Shown piece by piece: positions 1 through 9,517 of a stretch of DNA of 32,000 nt. Under the pieces are notes generated by a model. It did no database searches. It saw nothing but the letters and a program-made list of their open reading frames with translations, and was not told where the DNA came from. How positions within the stretch are numbered: the first letter of the stretch is position 1; every line of letters begins with the position of its first letter. The stretch is from Thermoproteus tenax Kra 1. Its GTDB lineage: Archaea; Thermoproteota; Thermoprotei; Thermoproteales; Thermoproteaceae. Where the stretch lies: contig NC_016070.1 in assembly GCF_000253055.1 (NCBI RefSeq), positions 1,140,001-1,172,000 of the forward strand, written 5' to 3'. The position numbers and the translations under genes are program-made.

Positions 1-2
1 CC

Positions 3-872
3 GTCGTTGAGGCTCCCCCGGGCTTCAAGGCCTTGGCGATGGAGCTAGCCAGGAGGACTGGGTCCAAGGTGTCGGGGAGGGCCGTGTGGGGGAGCTGCGA
101 TGTGGGGTTGGACGAGGCCAGAGCTCTGGGCGCCGAGAGGATCGTCCACCTCGGACACGGCGTTCCCCCCAACATCGCCTATCTGTTGAAGAAGAACACA
201 GGCGGCAGAGTGGAGAAGATAGACACAGACACATACGTCCTCAGGGCGCAGGGGATCGAGGCCTACTTCGTCCCTGTGTACTATATGCCGCCTGAGGATC
301 TCCCCTCGCCGCCGTTGGGCAAACTCTACTTCCCCGTCCCCTACCGCTTGATAGCTGAGGAGCTTGCTGCGCGGTACCGTCTGGAGCTCGCGGCGGAGCC
401 CATCACGGGCTGTTGGGTGGGAGAGGCGCCTGCGGGCTCCGCAGTGGTGGTGTCCCCAGGCTATTTCTACGCGTTGGCTGTGAAGCTCTTCTACCCCGAG
501 GCGCAAGTGTGGGCGCTCGACCCGTTCAACAGACGCGTTGTCCCAATAGAGTCTGAGTACAGAAGGCTCATGGGACTGAAGGCGAGGGCGTATCTTGCCA
601 GGAGAGATAAGGTGATAGTGGTGGTCTCCAGGAAGCCCGGCCAGATGCAGAGGGAGGCCGCGGAGAGAGCCGCCGAGAAGCTCGGCGGCATAGTAGTCGA
701 GCTGGACGAGGCGTCGCCGGAGCTCCTAGACGACCTACAGGCCGATCTCATAGTGAATACCGCCTGCCCCAGGATAGGCTTCGACGATTTGGACAGAATC
801 AAGACCCCCGTGATTAACTTGAAGGAGCTCGAGGAAGGGTTCAAGCCCCAGAACATCATAAGGCTGATCTAG
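3..872 (+). CDS. dph2: Diphthamide biosynthesis protein Dph2 (partial; 5' end lies outside the window)
   Basis: The reading frame is open to the left edge (VVEAPPGFKALAMELARRTGSKVSGRAVWGSCDVGLDEA). It carries archaeal Dph2-like segments SRKPGQMQ and NTACPRIGFDD. Confidence 0.88.
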   Translation, partial: VVEAPPGFKALAMELARRTGSKVSGRAVWGSCDVGLDEARALGAERIVHLGHGVPPNIAYLLKKNTGGRVEKIDTDTYVLRAQGIEAYFVPVYYMPPEDLPSPPLGKLYFPVPYRLIAEELAARYRLELAAEPITGCWVGEAPAGSAVVVSPGYFYALAVKLFYPEAQVWALDPFNRRVVPIESEYRRLMGLKARAYLARRDKVIVVVSRKPGQMQREAAERAAEKLGGIVVELDEASPELLDDLQADLIVNTACPRIGFDDLDRIKTPVINLKELEEGFKPQNIIRLI

Positions 873-949
873 CCGCAGTTCAGCGTCGTCGACCCCTATT
901 GTCTATAGAGAGAGACTTCGGACCACAATTTAAAATTACCGGTGCATTC

Positions 950-958
950 TTTAAAAAG
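950..958 (+). promoter_or_regulatory. TATA box for leaderless M1 aminopeptidase gene
   Basis: TTTAAAAAG centred about 23 nt upstream of the in-frame GTG at 977. Confidence 0.55.
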
Positions 959-976
959 AGACGACCACCGTATTCT

Positions 977-3313
977 GTGAAGATCAAAAGATATGACCTA
1001 GACTTGAGGGTTAAGTTCAACGAGCTCGCCTACGACGGCTCGGTCCTCATCGACGTAGAGTCCCAAGAAGATCTCTCCATCGACGCAGTGGGCCTAGCCG
1101 TGAGGGCAGTGGAGGTTGACGGAAGGCCGGTCCAGTATAAATACGATGGATCCTCCATAAAGGTCGGGGGCCCCGTCTCGGGCCGCGTGAGAATCGAGTT
1201 CTCCGGCAAAGTGTCCGAGAAGCTCTTCGGCATATATAAGGCCCCCTACGCGGGCGGATACATTATATCTACGCAGTTCGAGCCCACGGGGGCCAGACAG
1301 TTCATACCGTGCGTGGACAGGCCGGACGCAAAGGCCCCCTTCAAGGCCAGAGTGGCGGTCGACGGAGACTACGACGTCATATTCAACACGCCGCCCCTGA
1401 GAGTCTATTGGGAGGGCGGACTCAAGGTGTTCGAGTTCGCTGAGACTCCGCCCATGCCCACATATCTGCTCTACTTGGGCATCGGCAAATTCTATGAGGC
1501 TAGGGAGAGGCTGGGCAATATAGAGCTCATATTCGCGACGCCGGTGAAGGAGCGGCTGGACGACGGGCTCTTCGCGCTCTATGTGGCTAAGAGGTCTTTG
1601 GAGTTCTTCGGCTCCTACTTCTCCTACCAGTACCCATTGCCCAAGCTCCATCTGATCCACGTGCCCGAGTTCGCCGCAGGCGCCATGGAGAACTTCGGGG
1701 CTATAACGGGCAGAGAGACTGCGCTGCTCGCGGGCAGGGAGAGCTCGGAGCTCGTCAAGAGGAGGGTGGCCGAGGTGGTGGCGCACGAGGTGGCCCACCA
1801 GTGGTTCGGAGATCTGGTCACTCTGAGGTGGTGGGGCGACCTCTGGCTCAACGAGTCCTTCGCCACGTTCTTGAGCTATAAGGCCTTAGACGCGATCTTC
1901 CCCGAGTGGAGCCCCTGGCACAGATTCTTGGTCGACGAGACTATGTCCTCGATGGTCAGAGACTCGCTCCTCAGCACTCACCCCGTGAGGGTCCCCATAA
2001 AGAGCGAGGCCGAGGCCTTCGAGATCTTCGACGATATCAGCTACGGCAAGGGAGCATCCCTTCTGCGCATGTTGGAGGGATATCTGGGCGAGGACGGCCT
2101 CAAGAGGGGTCTGTCCCTCTATGTGGCAAGGCGCGCCTACTCCAACGCCTCAGCCGAGGACCTCTGGTCGGACATCGAGGAGGCAACAGGCGCGCCCGTA
2201 TCGCGGATAATGGGCGCTTGGGTTAACAAGCCGGGCCACCCCGTGTTGAGAGTCGAGGGCGGCAGAGTCAGACAAGCCCGCTTCACGTTCAACGGCGATA
2301 TCCCGGATGCGTGGCCCATCCCCCTCGTCTATAGGCGGGGCGGCGAGGCGCATTCCCTCCTCGTGGAGGGCGAGTCAGCGCCGTTCGAGTGGAGCGAGGG
2401 GACTCTGTTGAACGTAGACGGACGGGGGTACTACAGAGTCGCCTACCCCAACTGGCGGTCGGCCCTGGGGGCTGCCGTCAACGACTACGAGCGATGGTCT
2501 GTGATAAACGATGCGTTCGGTCTGCTTATACAGGGCTCGGTGGGCTTAGAGGAGTACTTGGCCTTAGTCGAGGCTGTGAGGGATCGGCCGAGCTACCTCA
2601 TGACTGCCTCAGTCGCCGCACAGCTGGGCCTCCTCTACCAGATCAATCCGTCCCTCGTGGCGCAGACCTACGTGGACTACCTAAGAGCTCAGGCCAAGGC
2701 GCTGGAAGGCTCGCCGAGGCTCGCCGACGTTAAAGAGCTAGTGGCAACGCGAAGGGCCCTCGTGGATGAAGAATACGCCGGAGAGCTGGCCCCGAGGATC
2801 AAGGAGTACTCTTCCCTGGAGCCGGGCTTGAGGCAGGCCGTGGCAAACGCCTATGCGGTAGCCGGCGAGAGGCCCTTCGAGGTCCTCAGCGATCTGTACA
2901 GATCGCTGAGGTCGGACGAGGACAGAAACAGAGTTCTCTCGGCCATGTTGAACACTAGAAGCTCCGGCGACTTCGCGAGGGCCGTCGACTTTCTTTTGAA
3001 CAGCGGCGAGGTGAAGAAACAAGACCTCCACATGATAGCTGTCGGCGCGCGGAACCCCCATGTGAGGGACGTGGCCTTCAGCTTGATCGTGCCCAATCTG
3101 TCCTCAATAGCGGAGAGGATAGTGGGGGCCTTCGGAGATCCCGGAGTGCTCTCGCGGACGTTGATCAGCATGATCCCCTTGGTGGGGATAGGGCACGAGG
3201 AGGAGACTGAGAGGGCCGTGAGAGGGCTGAAGATAAAGGGCATAGAGATGGGCGTAGAGGCCAGCCTGGAGTTGCTGAAGGCCTACTCCAGAGTCTCGCG
3301 CCTCAGACTCTAG
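977..3313 (+). CDS. M1 family zinc aminopeptidase (tricorn-interacting factor / aminopeptidase N-like)
   Basis: Contains GAMENFG and HEVAHQWFG...NESFA, the M1 zinc-binding signature. The ORF track starts at 899, but the TATA-like TTTAAAAAG at 950-958 supports the GTG at 977. Confidence 0.94.
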   Translation: MKIKRYDLDLRVKFNELAYDGSVLIDVESQEDLSIDAVGLAVRAVEVDGRPVQYKYDGSSIKVGGPVSGRVRIEFSGKVSEKLFGIYKAPYAGGYIISTQFEPTGARQFIPCVDRPDAKAPFKARVAVDGDYDVIFNTPPLRVYWEGGLKVFEFAETPPMPTYLLYLGIGKFYEARERLGNIELIFATPVKERLDDGLFALYVAKRSLEFFGSYFSYQYPLPKLHLIHVPEFAAGAMENFGAITGRETALLAGRESSELVKRRVAEVVAHEVAHQWFGDLVTLRWWGDLWLNESFATFLSYKALDAIFPEWSPWHRFLVDETMSSMVRDSLLSTHPVRVPIKSEAEAFEIFDDISYGKGASLLRMLEGYLGEDGLKRGLSLYVARRAYSNASAEDLWSDIEEATGAPVSRIMGAWVNKPGHPVLRVEGGRVRQARFTFNGDIPDAWPIPLVYRRGGEAHSLLVEGESAPFEWSEGTLLNVDGRGYYRVAYPNWRSALGAAVNDYERWSVINDAFGLLIQGSVGLEEYLALVEAVRDRPSYLMTASVAAQLGLLYQINPSLVAQTYVDYLRAQAKALEGSPRLADVKELVATRRALVDEEYAGELAPRIKEYSSLEPGLRQAVANAYAVAGERPFEVLSDLYRSLRSDEDRNRVLSAMLNTRSSGDFARAVDFLLNSGEVKKQDLHMIAVGARNPHVRDVAFSLIVPNLSSIAERIVGAFGDPGVLSRTLISMIPLVGIGHEEETERAVRGLKIKGIEMGVEASLELLKAYSRVSRLRL

Positions 3314-3314
3314 C

Positions 3315-3650
3315 GTGGAGTGTAGAGAGAGGGAGGTAATAAACACGCTCAGGGCCAGGCTGGGTTGCGAGGAGGGGGGACCTCTAGACTTAGGCTTCGC
3401 CAGGGCGGTGCCCGACATGGTGTGCAACGGGGTTCCGGTCGAGGTCGAGTGTCTCTCCACCTTTTACTGTGGAGTGGGACAGGCCTTGACGTATCTATAC
3501 GCTGTGGGCCGCGCCGCGTTGATCCTTGTGGCCGATGAGGTCTCGGCCGGGCTAAGGCGCTATTTGGAGTGGCTCTCTCAGTCTGTGGACGTCTACGTCT
3601 ATTCCCGGGGGGAGATCACTCCACTCGGTAGGGCGAGGTGGAGTCTATGA
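3315..3650 (+). CDS. Conserved-looking small hypothetical protein; possible PD-(D/E)xK nuclease-like fold
   Basis: 111 aa, codons coherent to the stop; contains PDMVCNGVPVEVE...GQALTYLYAVGRAALILVADE. The fold call rests on motif eyeballing only. Confidence 0.55.
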   Translation: MECREREVINTLRARLGCEEGGPLDLGFARAVPDMVCNGVPVEVECLSTFYCGVGQALTYLYAVGRAALILVADEVSAGLRRYLEWLSQSVDVYVYSRGEITPLGRARWSL

Positions 3651-4536
3651 AGGAGACCAAGCTCTCGAAGTACGCGTTGAACTGCGATCTGACGCTCTTG
3701 TCTCTTCCTACAACCACCATGGGGTGGCCCTGCGATAGATAGCTCTCTATGCTTAAGTCGTCCCGGAGCTTAAAGCCGTAAAACTCCGTTGCCGCGTCCC
3801 CGTAGTATTTGTCTTTGGCCTCGTTGCGCAAGACGGTCAAGCCGGGGAACTCCTTCGTCAAAGCGTCTCTGACGGACTCCCAGACCGCCTTCACATCGGA
3901 GCTTCTGACGGCCGCCTTGATCTGGTTTATGACGGCCAACATGTATCTGTCCGAATCCTTGATGTTGAAATGGCGCTCCAACAGGGCGCGCACCCTTTTG
4001 AGCATGTCTACGGTCTTCCTGAGCTCCGGCTCCGCCGGCCTCGTTAGCACAACGTAGAAGGGGGCGAAGTGCACCACCATGCCGAAGTATGAGTAGAGCC
4101 AGTTGGGCGAATCGACGATTATATAGTCGAACTTGTCTCTGACGTCTGAGAGCAGCTCGTCCAACAGAATCTCCCACCTGGGCGTCTTGAAGATCTCAGA
4201 CGTCAGATCGTCTAGATTTCCGCCGGGAAGAACCTTAAAGGAGGCGTCGCTCTTCACCACTCTGTGCGCGTAGAGGCACCTCTCGACGTCGGTCCTCCTA
4301 TCGCTGCGGCCCGCCTTGTAGTCCAACAGCCCCTTCATCAAGCTCTTTATATCGCATCCCTCCTCCTCGGCCTCCCTCTTTTTGTCGCCCAAGGTCCAGA
4401 GCGTCGCCGTAGCCGAAGGGTCCAAGTCCACCAACAGCACGCGCCTCCCCTTTATGGCGAACGCCCCGGCTGTCAGTATAGAGAACGTAGTCTTTCCAAC
4501 GCCTCCAGACGCAGATATGAAACTTATTGTAATCAC
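3616..4536 (-). CDS. ParA/MinD-like P-loop ATPase (SIMIBI class) with non-canonical Walker A
   Basis: ITISFISASGGVGKTTFSILTAGAFAIKGRRVLLVDLDPSATATLW and YIIVDSPNW. The GTG at 4536 lies about 24 nt downstream of a TATA box; the ORF track extension to 4641 is likely untranslated. Confidence 0.85.
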   Translation of the reverse strand: MITISFISASGGVGKTTFSILTAGAFAIKGRRVLLVDLDPSATATLWTLGDKKREAEEEGCDIKSLMKGLLDYKAGRSDRRTDVERCLYAHRVVKSDASFKVLPGGNLDDLTSEIFKTPRWEILLDELLSDVRDKFDYIIVDSPNWLYSYFGMVVHFAPFYVVLTRPAEPELRKTVDMLKRVRALLERHFNIKDSDRYMLAVINQIKAAVRSSDVKAVWESVRDALTKEFPGLTVLRNEAKDKYYGDAATEFYGFKLRDDLSIESYLSQGHPMVVVGRDKSVRSQFNAYFESLVSFIDSTSPYRVE

Positions 4537-4553
4537 ACTAGAATTAAAATAAA

Positions 4554-4563
4554 CTTTTATATT
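4554..4563 (-). promoter_or_regulatory. TATA box for ParA-like gene
   Basis: AATATAAAAG on the minus strand, about 24 nt from the GTG start. Confidence 0.5.
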
Positions 4564-4684
4564 ATTTACGTTCGGAAAAGCTGTTTCTAAAAGGTCAACG
4601 CACGAGGCCATGCATTTTATCAGAAAAAATAGGATACACAATCTTAATTGAAAAAATTATTTATAATATTAATGTAAAAAAATC

Positions 4685-4692
4685 TATATAAG
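4685..4692 (+). promoter_or_regulatory. TATA box for the FAD/NAD oxidoreductase gene
   Basis: TATATAAG about 24 nt upstream of the GTG at 4712. Confidence 0.5.
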
Positions 4693-4711
4693 TTAAGCTG
4701 ACTCTCAAGCC

Positions 4712-6048
4712 GTGCGAACAATCGTCGTAGTCGGTGGAGGGGCGGCGGGGGCAACGGCGGCGTCGCGCGCCAAGAGGATGTGCCCCTCCTGCAGAGTTGT
4801 CCTCATAGAGGCTGGAGCTCACGTGACCCATGCCCCGTGCGCCGTGCCCTACGCCATCGGCGGCCTGGCCCGCGAGGAGCTCTGGCTTTACACAGAGGAG
4901 GAAATGGAGTCCGAGCGCGGCCTGGAGATCTACAGAGAGACTAAGGCCGTCGACGTGTTGGGCGACAGACTCATCGTAGAGGGGAAGTTGAATGGCTCAA
5001 TACAGTTTGACCAACTCATTATAGCCACTGGGGCTAGGCCGGCGGTGCCCAGAGTGGAGGGGACGGAGCTGGAGGGCGTTTTGCCCATAAGAGGCGTCGA
5101 GGTCGTGGAAAAGGCAAGGAGACTGTTGGCGGGGGCCGAGAGAGTGGTCGTCGTCGGGGCGGGCTACATCGGCGTCGAGATGGCCGACGTGCTCTCCCAC
5201 CTGGGAAAGAAGGTGTACGTAGTCGACGCAAGCGAGAGGCCCTTGGCGCGCTCTCTGGACAGAGATATGGGCGAGGTCGTGGCCAAGTTTATGTCCGGAC
5301 AAGTGGAGCTGAGGTTGGGCGAGAGGCTGGTCAAAATAGGGGGGACGTCGAGAGTGGAGTACGTGAGACAGACAAAGGCAGAATTCCAGCTGACTTGGTC
5401 TTTCTGGCGACCGGGGTGAGACCCAACGTGGACCTCGCCCTGAGGGCCGGCGCAAGGCTGGGCCCCACAGGCGCCGTGTCAGTGAACGAGTACATGGAGG
5501 CCGGGCCCCCCGGCGTCTACGTCGCAGGCGATGTAGCGGAGGCAGTGAACAAGCTCACGGGGGAGCCAACGTGGATCCCCCTGGCGACTTACGCCAACAA
5601 AATGGGCTATGTGGCTGGGACAAACGCCGGGCTCAACGGAAGGTTCGTGCGCTTCCCTCCCATCGCCGGCGTTTCCATCACTAAGTTCAGACATATGTAC
5701 ATCGGCTCCGCCGGCCTCACAGAGGAGGAGGCGAGGAGGCGCGGGCTCCTCGGCGAAGTGGCGAAGATAACGACGGCGGACAAGGCGAGATATATGATCG
5801 AGGTCAACAACATAACGTTGAAGGCAGTATCGGACAGAGAGGGCAGACTGCTGGGCGTCCAGATCGTCGGGTTCACGCCTGCTGTCGCCGGTCTGTTGGA
5901 CCTCGCGGCGCAGTTCCTCGGGCGGCCGGCCGACGAGCTGTTCTACGGAGAATACTCATACATGCCCTATACGGCGACGCCGTGGCATCCTCTAACTATA
6001 GTGGGGAGGCTCTTCTTGAGGGGGAGGATCAAGCCGCTTAACTCCTAG
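4712..6048 (+). pseudogene. FAD/NAD(P)-dependent pyridine nucleotide-disulfide oxidoreductase (CoA-disulfide reductase / NADH oxidase type), split by one frameshift
   Basis: Frame 2 (4712-5419): MRTIVVVGGGAAGATAASRAKR...CAVPYAIGG...VVVGAGYIGVEMADVLSHLGKKV. Frame 1 (ORF from 5395): VFLATGVRPNVDLALRAG...VYVAGDVAEAVN...TNAGLNG. The two halves are collinear parts of one enzyme; whether it is a pseudogene, a sequencing error or recoded is undetermined. Confidence 0.85.
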
Positions 6049-6134
6049 GCCGCGGCCCGCCAGCGGCGGCTGCTAGAGACAGGGGCCTATATGGCCGAGC
6101 GGGCCTCGAGCCCCTCCGGGGAGGCCGGGCGCCG

Positions 6135-8342
6135 CTAAGGGGGGCGCAACTGCTCCAATAGAGACCTCAGCCCTCTGTAGTCCCCGACTCTGAACTTGGC
6201 CAGAGTTGGGCCAGGCCCCACTTTCACAGTGTAGGCGCTCTGGGGCGCGACCTCGAACATGCCCTCGTCCGTCTCGTCGTCGCCTGCGACGAACACAAAG
6301 TCGGGCGAGAGCTCGTCAAGCAACATCTTGGCCGCCGTCCCCTTGGTGTATCCAGCCGGGCGCACCTCCACCACCTTCTTGCCCCTCAATATCGAGAGGC
6401 CCGAGCCCGCCAGCGCGTTGGACAACGCATCGATCAACTCCACCACTGCCTTCTCGGCGATTGTCTCATCGGCGTTGCGGTAGTGCCAAGCTATCCCGGC
6501 CTCTTTCACCTCCACGAAGCTTCCGGGGACATTAGAGGCGAAGTCCTCCATTATGCCCTTGGCGTACTGCCTCCATGAGGGATCGACTTTCCCCAACGAT
6601 TTCCATTCTCCTCCGGGGTGTTTCAGGAAGAAGCCGTGCTCCGCCACAAGGCCGACCGGCAGTCTGCCGAGCCAGCCGTCCAGAAAGTCTCTGCCCCTCC
6701 CGCTCACTACGTAGACCGCCGTCTCGGGGAGCGCCGCAAGGCGGCTCAACAGCTCCAACAGATCGCCGTCTGGAACCGCCATGTGCGGGTAGGGATAGTG
6801 GGGGACCAACGTGCCGTCGTAGTCCAAGAGCAAGAGCCTCCTCTTGGCCTTGGCGAAGTCAGACTTGAGTTTGTCCACCGAGAGCTCCTCCATATATCTG
6901 AGGGCCTTCTCCACCTCCTCTCGGGCCGACTTCGCCGAGATTAGGGAGTAGATGAAGTCGGTGCCCCATCTGACCACGTCCCTCATCCTCAGCCTCTCCT
7001 GCATAGCCCTGATCCTCCTACACTGCTCGTCCTCCGACATGGAGAGCGCCTCCGCTATCGCCTCCGCAGTGCCCCCCACGTCGTTTGGGTTTATCACCAA
7101 CGCCTCGGCCAGCTCCTTGGAGGCGCCGGCCAGTTCGCTGAGTATAAGCACTCCGCGGCAGTCCCTCTTGGAGGCCACGAACTCCTTCGCCACCAAGTTC
7201 ATTCCGTCGCGCAGCGGAGTTATCAGAGCAACGTCGGCTATATTGTACAGCGCCATGAGGGTGGGCGATGGGATGAAGCGGTACAAGTACACTATAGGGA
7301 CCCAGTTGAGCTCCCCCAGCTCCCCATTTATTCTGCCGACCTCTCTGTCTATCTGCCTCTTCATTTCCTCGTACATGGGCACGCCCGTCCTCGAGGGCAC
7401 GACCACCAACACGAACACGGCTCTGCCGCGCCACTCGGGGTGCTCCCTCAAGAACCTCTCCCACGCGGCCACCCTCCTTAGGACGCCCTTAGTGTAGTCA
7501 AGTCTGTCTATAGAGAACACAACCTTCGCGCGCCCCAACATCTCTCTGAGCTTCGCCATCTCCTCGACTACAGAGGGATCCTGCGAGGAATTGTAGAATC
7601 TATCGAAGTCTATGCCTATGGGGAAGACGCCAACTCTCACCCTTCTGTGGCCCACTGCGATGGCCCCCATCTCCACTTTGTATCCCAGGAATCTGACGAC
7701 GCTCCTGGAGAAATTCGCGGAGTATTCGTATGTGTGGAAGCCGACGAGGTCCGACCCCAGGAGGCCCTCCAAGATCTCCCTCCGCCACTCGGAGGGCAGG
7801 AGCTGTAGAAGCTCGGCCGGCGGGAAGGGGATGTGGAGGAAGAAGCCCACTCCGACCTCCGCCGCCTCTCTCACTATCGCCGGCGCCAACATGAGGTGGT
7901 AGTCGTGGATCCACACTAGGTCGCCGGGGCGCGCCAGAGCTACGACCGCTTTGGCGTACTTCTCGTTGACGCCTCTGTAGGCGCGCCAGTGCTTCTCCTC
8001 ATACGTCGCATACTCCGAGAAGCCGTGGAAGAGCGGCCAGAGAGTCGAATTGGAAAAGCCCTCGTAGAACCCCTCGACCTCCTCAGACGAGAGGGGGACA
8101 GGCTCTAGGCCCATCCCTCTGAGGCGCTCCCTCAGATCGTTGGACTCCCTCTCCGAGGGCACGCCTGACCAGCCGACCCAGACGACCTCCTCGAGGCCCA
8201 GCTCTCTGCCCCCGTTCACGGCGCCGAGGAAGGACTTCATAGCAGTCGCAAGGCCGCCCACGGACTCCCTTATCTCGCCGCTCGGCGATATAGTGACGGG
8301 CAATCTGTTGGAGACCACTATGAGGCGCACTTGTCCTCCCAC
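6135..8342 (-). CDS. Bifunctional trehalose-6-phosphate synthase/phosphatase (OtsA-OtsB fusion, TPSP)
   Basis: GT20 domain: LIVVSNRLPVTIS...HDYHLML...DRLDYTKG-like SIDRLDYTKGV...RDGMNLVAKEFVA. HAD phosphatase domain: LLLDYDGTLVPH...FVAGDDETDEGMF. Confidence 0.95.
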   Translation of the reverse strand: MGGQVRLIVVSNRLPVTISPSGEIRESVGGLATAMKSFLGAVNGGRELGLEEVVWVGWSGVPSERESNDLRERLRGMGLEPVPLSSEEVEGFYEGFSNSTLWPLFHGFSEYATYEEKHWRAYRGVNEKYAKAVVALARPGDLVWIHDYHLMLAPAIVREAAEVGVGFFLHIPFPPAELLQLLPSEWRREILEGLLGSDLVGFHTYEYSANFSRSVVRFLGYKVEMGAIAVGHRRVRVGVFPIGIDFDRFYNSSQDPSVVEEMAKLREMLGRAKVVFSIDRLDYTKGVLRRVAAWERFLREHPEWRGRAVFVLVVVPSRTGVPMYEEMKRQIDREVGRINGELGELNWVPIVYLYRFIPSPTLMALYNIADVALITPLRDGMNLVAKEFVASKRDCRGVLILSELAGASKELAEALVINPNDVGGTAEAIAEALSMSEDEQCRRIRAMQERLRMRDVVRWGTDFIYSLISAKSAREEVEKALRYMEELSVDKLKSDFAKAKRRLLLLDYDGTLVPHYPYPHMAVPDGDLLELLSRLAALPETAVYVVSGRGRDFLDGWLGRLPVGLVAEHGFFLKHPGGEWKSLGKVDPSWRQYAKGIMEDFASNVPGSFVEVKEAGIAWHYRNADETIAEKAVVELIDALSNALAGSGLSILRGKKVVEVRPAGYTKGTAAKMLLDELSPDFVFVAGDDETDEGMFEVAPQSAYTVKVGPGPTLAKFRVGDYRGLRSLLEQLRPP

Positions 8343-8353
8343 GGAACGCCTTT

Positions 8354-9517
8354 TTACGGTTGTGCCCCTAAAATTAATTCGGCGAGGCGCCCGATGCTCA
8401 GCTGAGGCGCCCTCTCCTTGGCCTTGGCCCCCATCTCGGCCAACACATCCAGCCGCCTCACGAGGGACTCTATCACTCTGGGCGCGTCGCCCAGTTGGGC
8501 GAGCCTAACTCCGTCTACGCCGTCTCTGACCAACCTCGAGGCGTGGTTGTACTGCGAGACCGCGACGGGCACTCCCAGGCCCATGAACTCCAACACGCGA
8601 ATGCCCGCCGGCTCGTAGGAGGAGAGGTCGACTCCCAACGCGGACTTCGCCATCACCGGCTCGGGCTCCACGTCCTCAAGGACCAAGAGGTTCTTGGGCC
8701 GGGCCCTCTTGAGTCGCTGTGCCTCGCCCCCAGCGCCTACGGCCGCTACGACGATGTTGCCCGCCGAGGAGAGCCGCTCGGCCGTCTTGGCCAACAGCTC
8801 TAAGTTTTTGTCCTCCTCAAGCGGCCCAACGTAGGCCACCACGGCCTCCGCTCCCTCTAGCTCGCCCGGAGGAGGGCGGCTCGCGCGGGCCAACAGCTCT
8901 TCGTCGATCCAATTGGGGGCCACCGCGATCCTCCGCGGCCTATACTGCGACAGCTCCTCGGCCTCCTCCTCGCTCATTGCCACAACTAAATCTGCAGCGC
9001 GGATCACGCGGGGGCAGTGCAAGGCGCACCACATGAGCTTCGAGGCGCCCAGGAGGGACCGGGCGCTCGGCGGAGGCGGCAGATACAGCGGTATGTATAC
9101 TACGGTCACGCCTCTGGCCTCGCCCAGAGCAGCGAGGGACCTTCTGACCTCAGCCCAGCGCGCTACCTCCTCGGGCCCGTTCCAGAAGCTCGAGAGGACG
9201 ACGACTACGTCGAAGCCCAGTACGTCGTCTATGTTCCTCAAAATCGAGGGGAAGCTCCTGAGGGAGATGCTTCCTGACAGAGACCTCTGGCTCAGTACTC
9301 TGATTGTCGGAACCCCCGAGGGGTCCTCCTTGAGCGCCACGTAGCCGCCCAGACTCCTCTCCAGTACCTCCTCGTCCGCTGCGGGCTCTCCCTCGTGGTA
9401 TACGCTGGTTATCAGCCAGGCCTTGGCATATCTGTTGAGCGCCCTCACTAACAGAGCCCCGGCCCTATCGGCGTCCCTCCAACGGGAGGTCTGCGGCGCC
9501 ACTACAGCTACGTTCAT
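8354..9517 (-). CDS. GT4-type glycosyltransferase of the trehalose operon
   Basis: MNVAVVAPQTSRWRDADRAGALL... VAYVGPLEEDKNLELL ... SYEPAGIRVLEFMGLGVPVAVSQ. The start ATG (9515-9517) overlaps the stop of the upstream gene, so the 651-aa ORF ending at 10309 is over-extended. Confidence 0.85.
   Translation of the reverse strand: MNVAVVAPQTSRWRDADRAGALLVRALNRYAKAWLITSVYHEGEPAADEEVLERSLGGYVALKEDPSGVPTIRVLSQRSLSGSISLRSFPSILRNIDDVLGFDVVVVLSSFWNGPEEVARWAEVRRSLAALGEARGVTVVYIPLYLPPPPSARSLLGASKLMWCALHCPRVIRAADLVVAMSEEEAEELSQYRPRRIAVAPNWIDEELLARASRPPPGELEGAEAVVAYVGPLEEDKNLELLAKTAERLSSAGNIVVAAVGAGGEAQRLKRARPKNLLVLEDVEPEPVMAKSALGVDLSSYEPAGIRVLEFMGLGVPVAVSQYNHASRLVRDGVDGVRLAQLGDAPRVIESLVRRLDVLAEMGAKAKERAPQLSIGRLAELILGAQP

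Noticed and set aside
6091-6130. tRNA D-arm-like motif (ATGGCCGAGCGGGCC) suggesting a tRNA gene.
   Set aside because: No acceptor stem, anticodon arm or T-arm (GGTTCRANNCC) in the expected positions. The motif is explained by local GC-rich inverted repeats between convergent genes.
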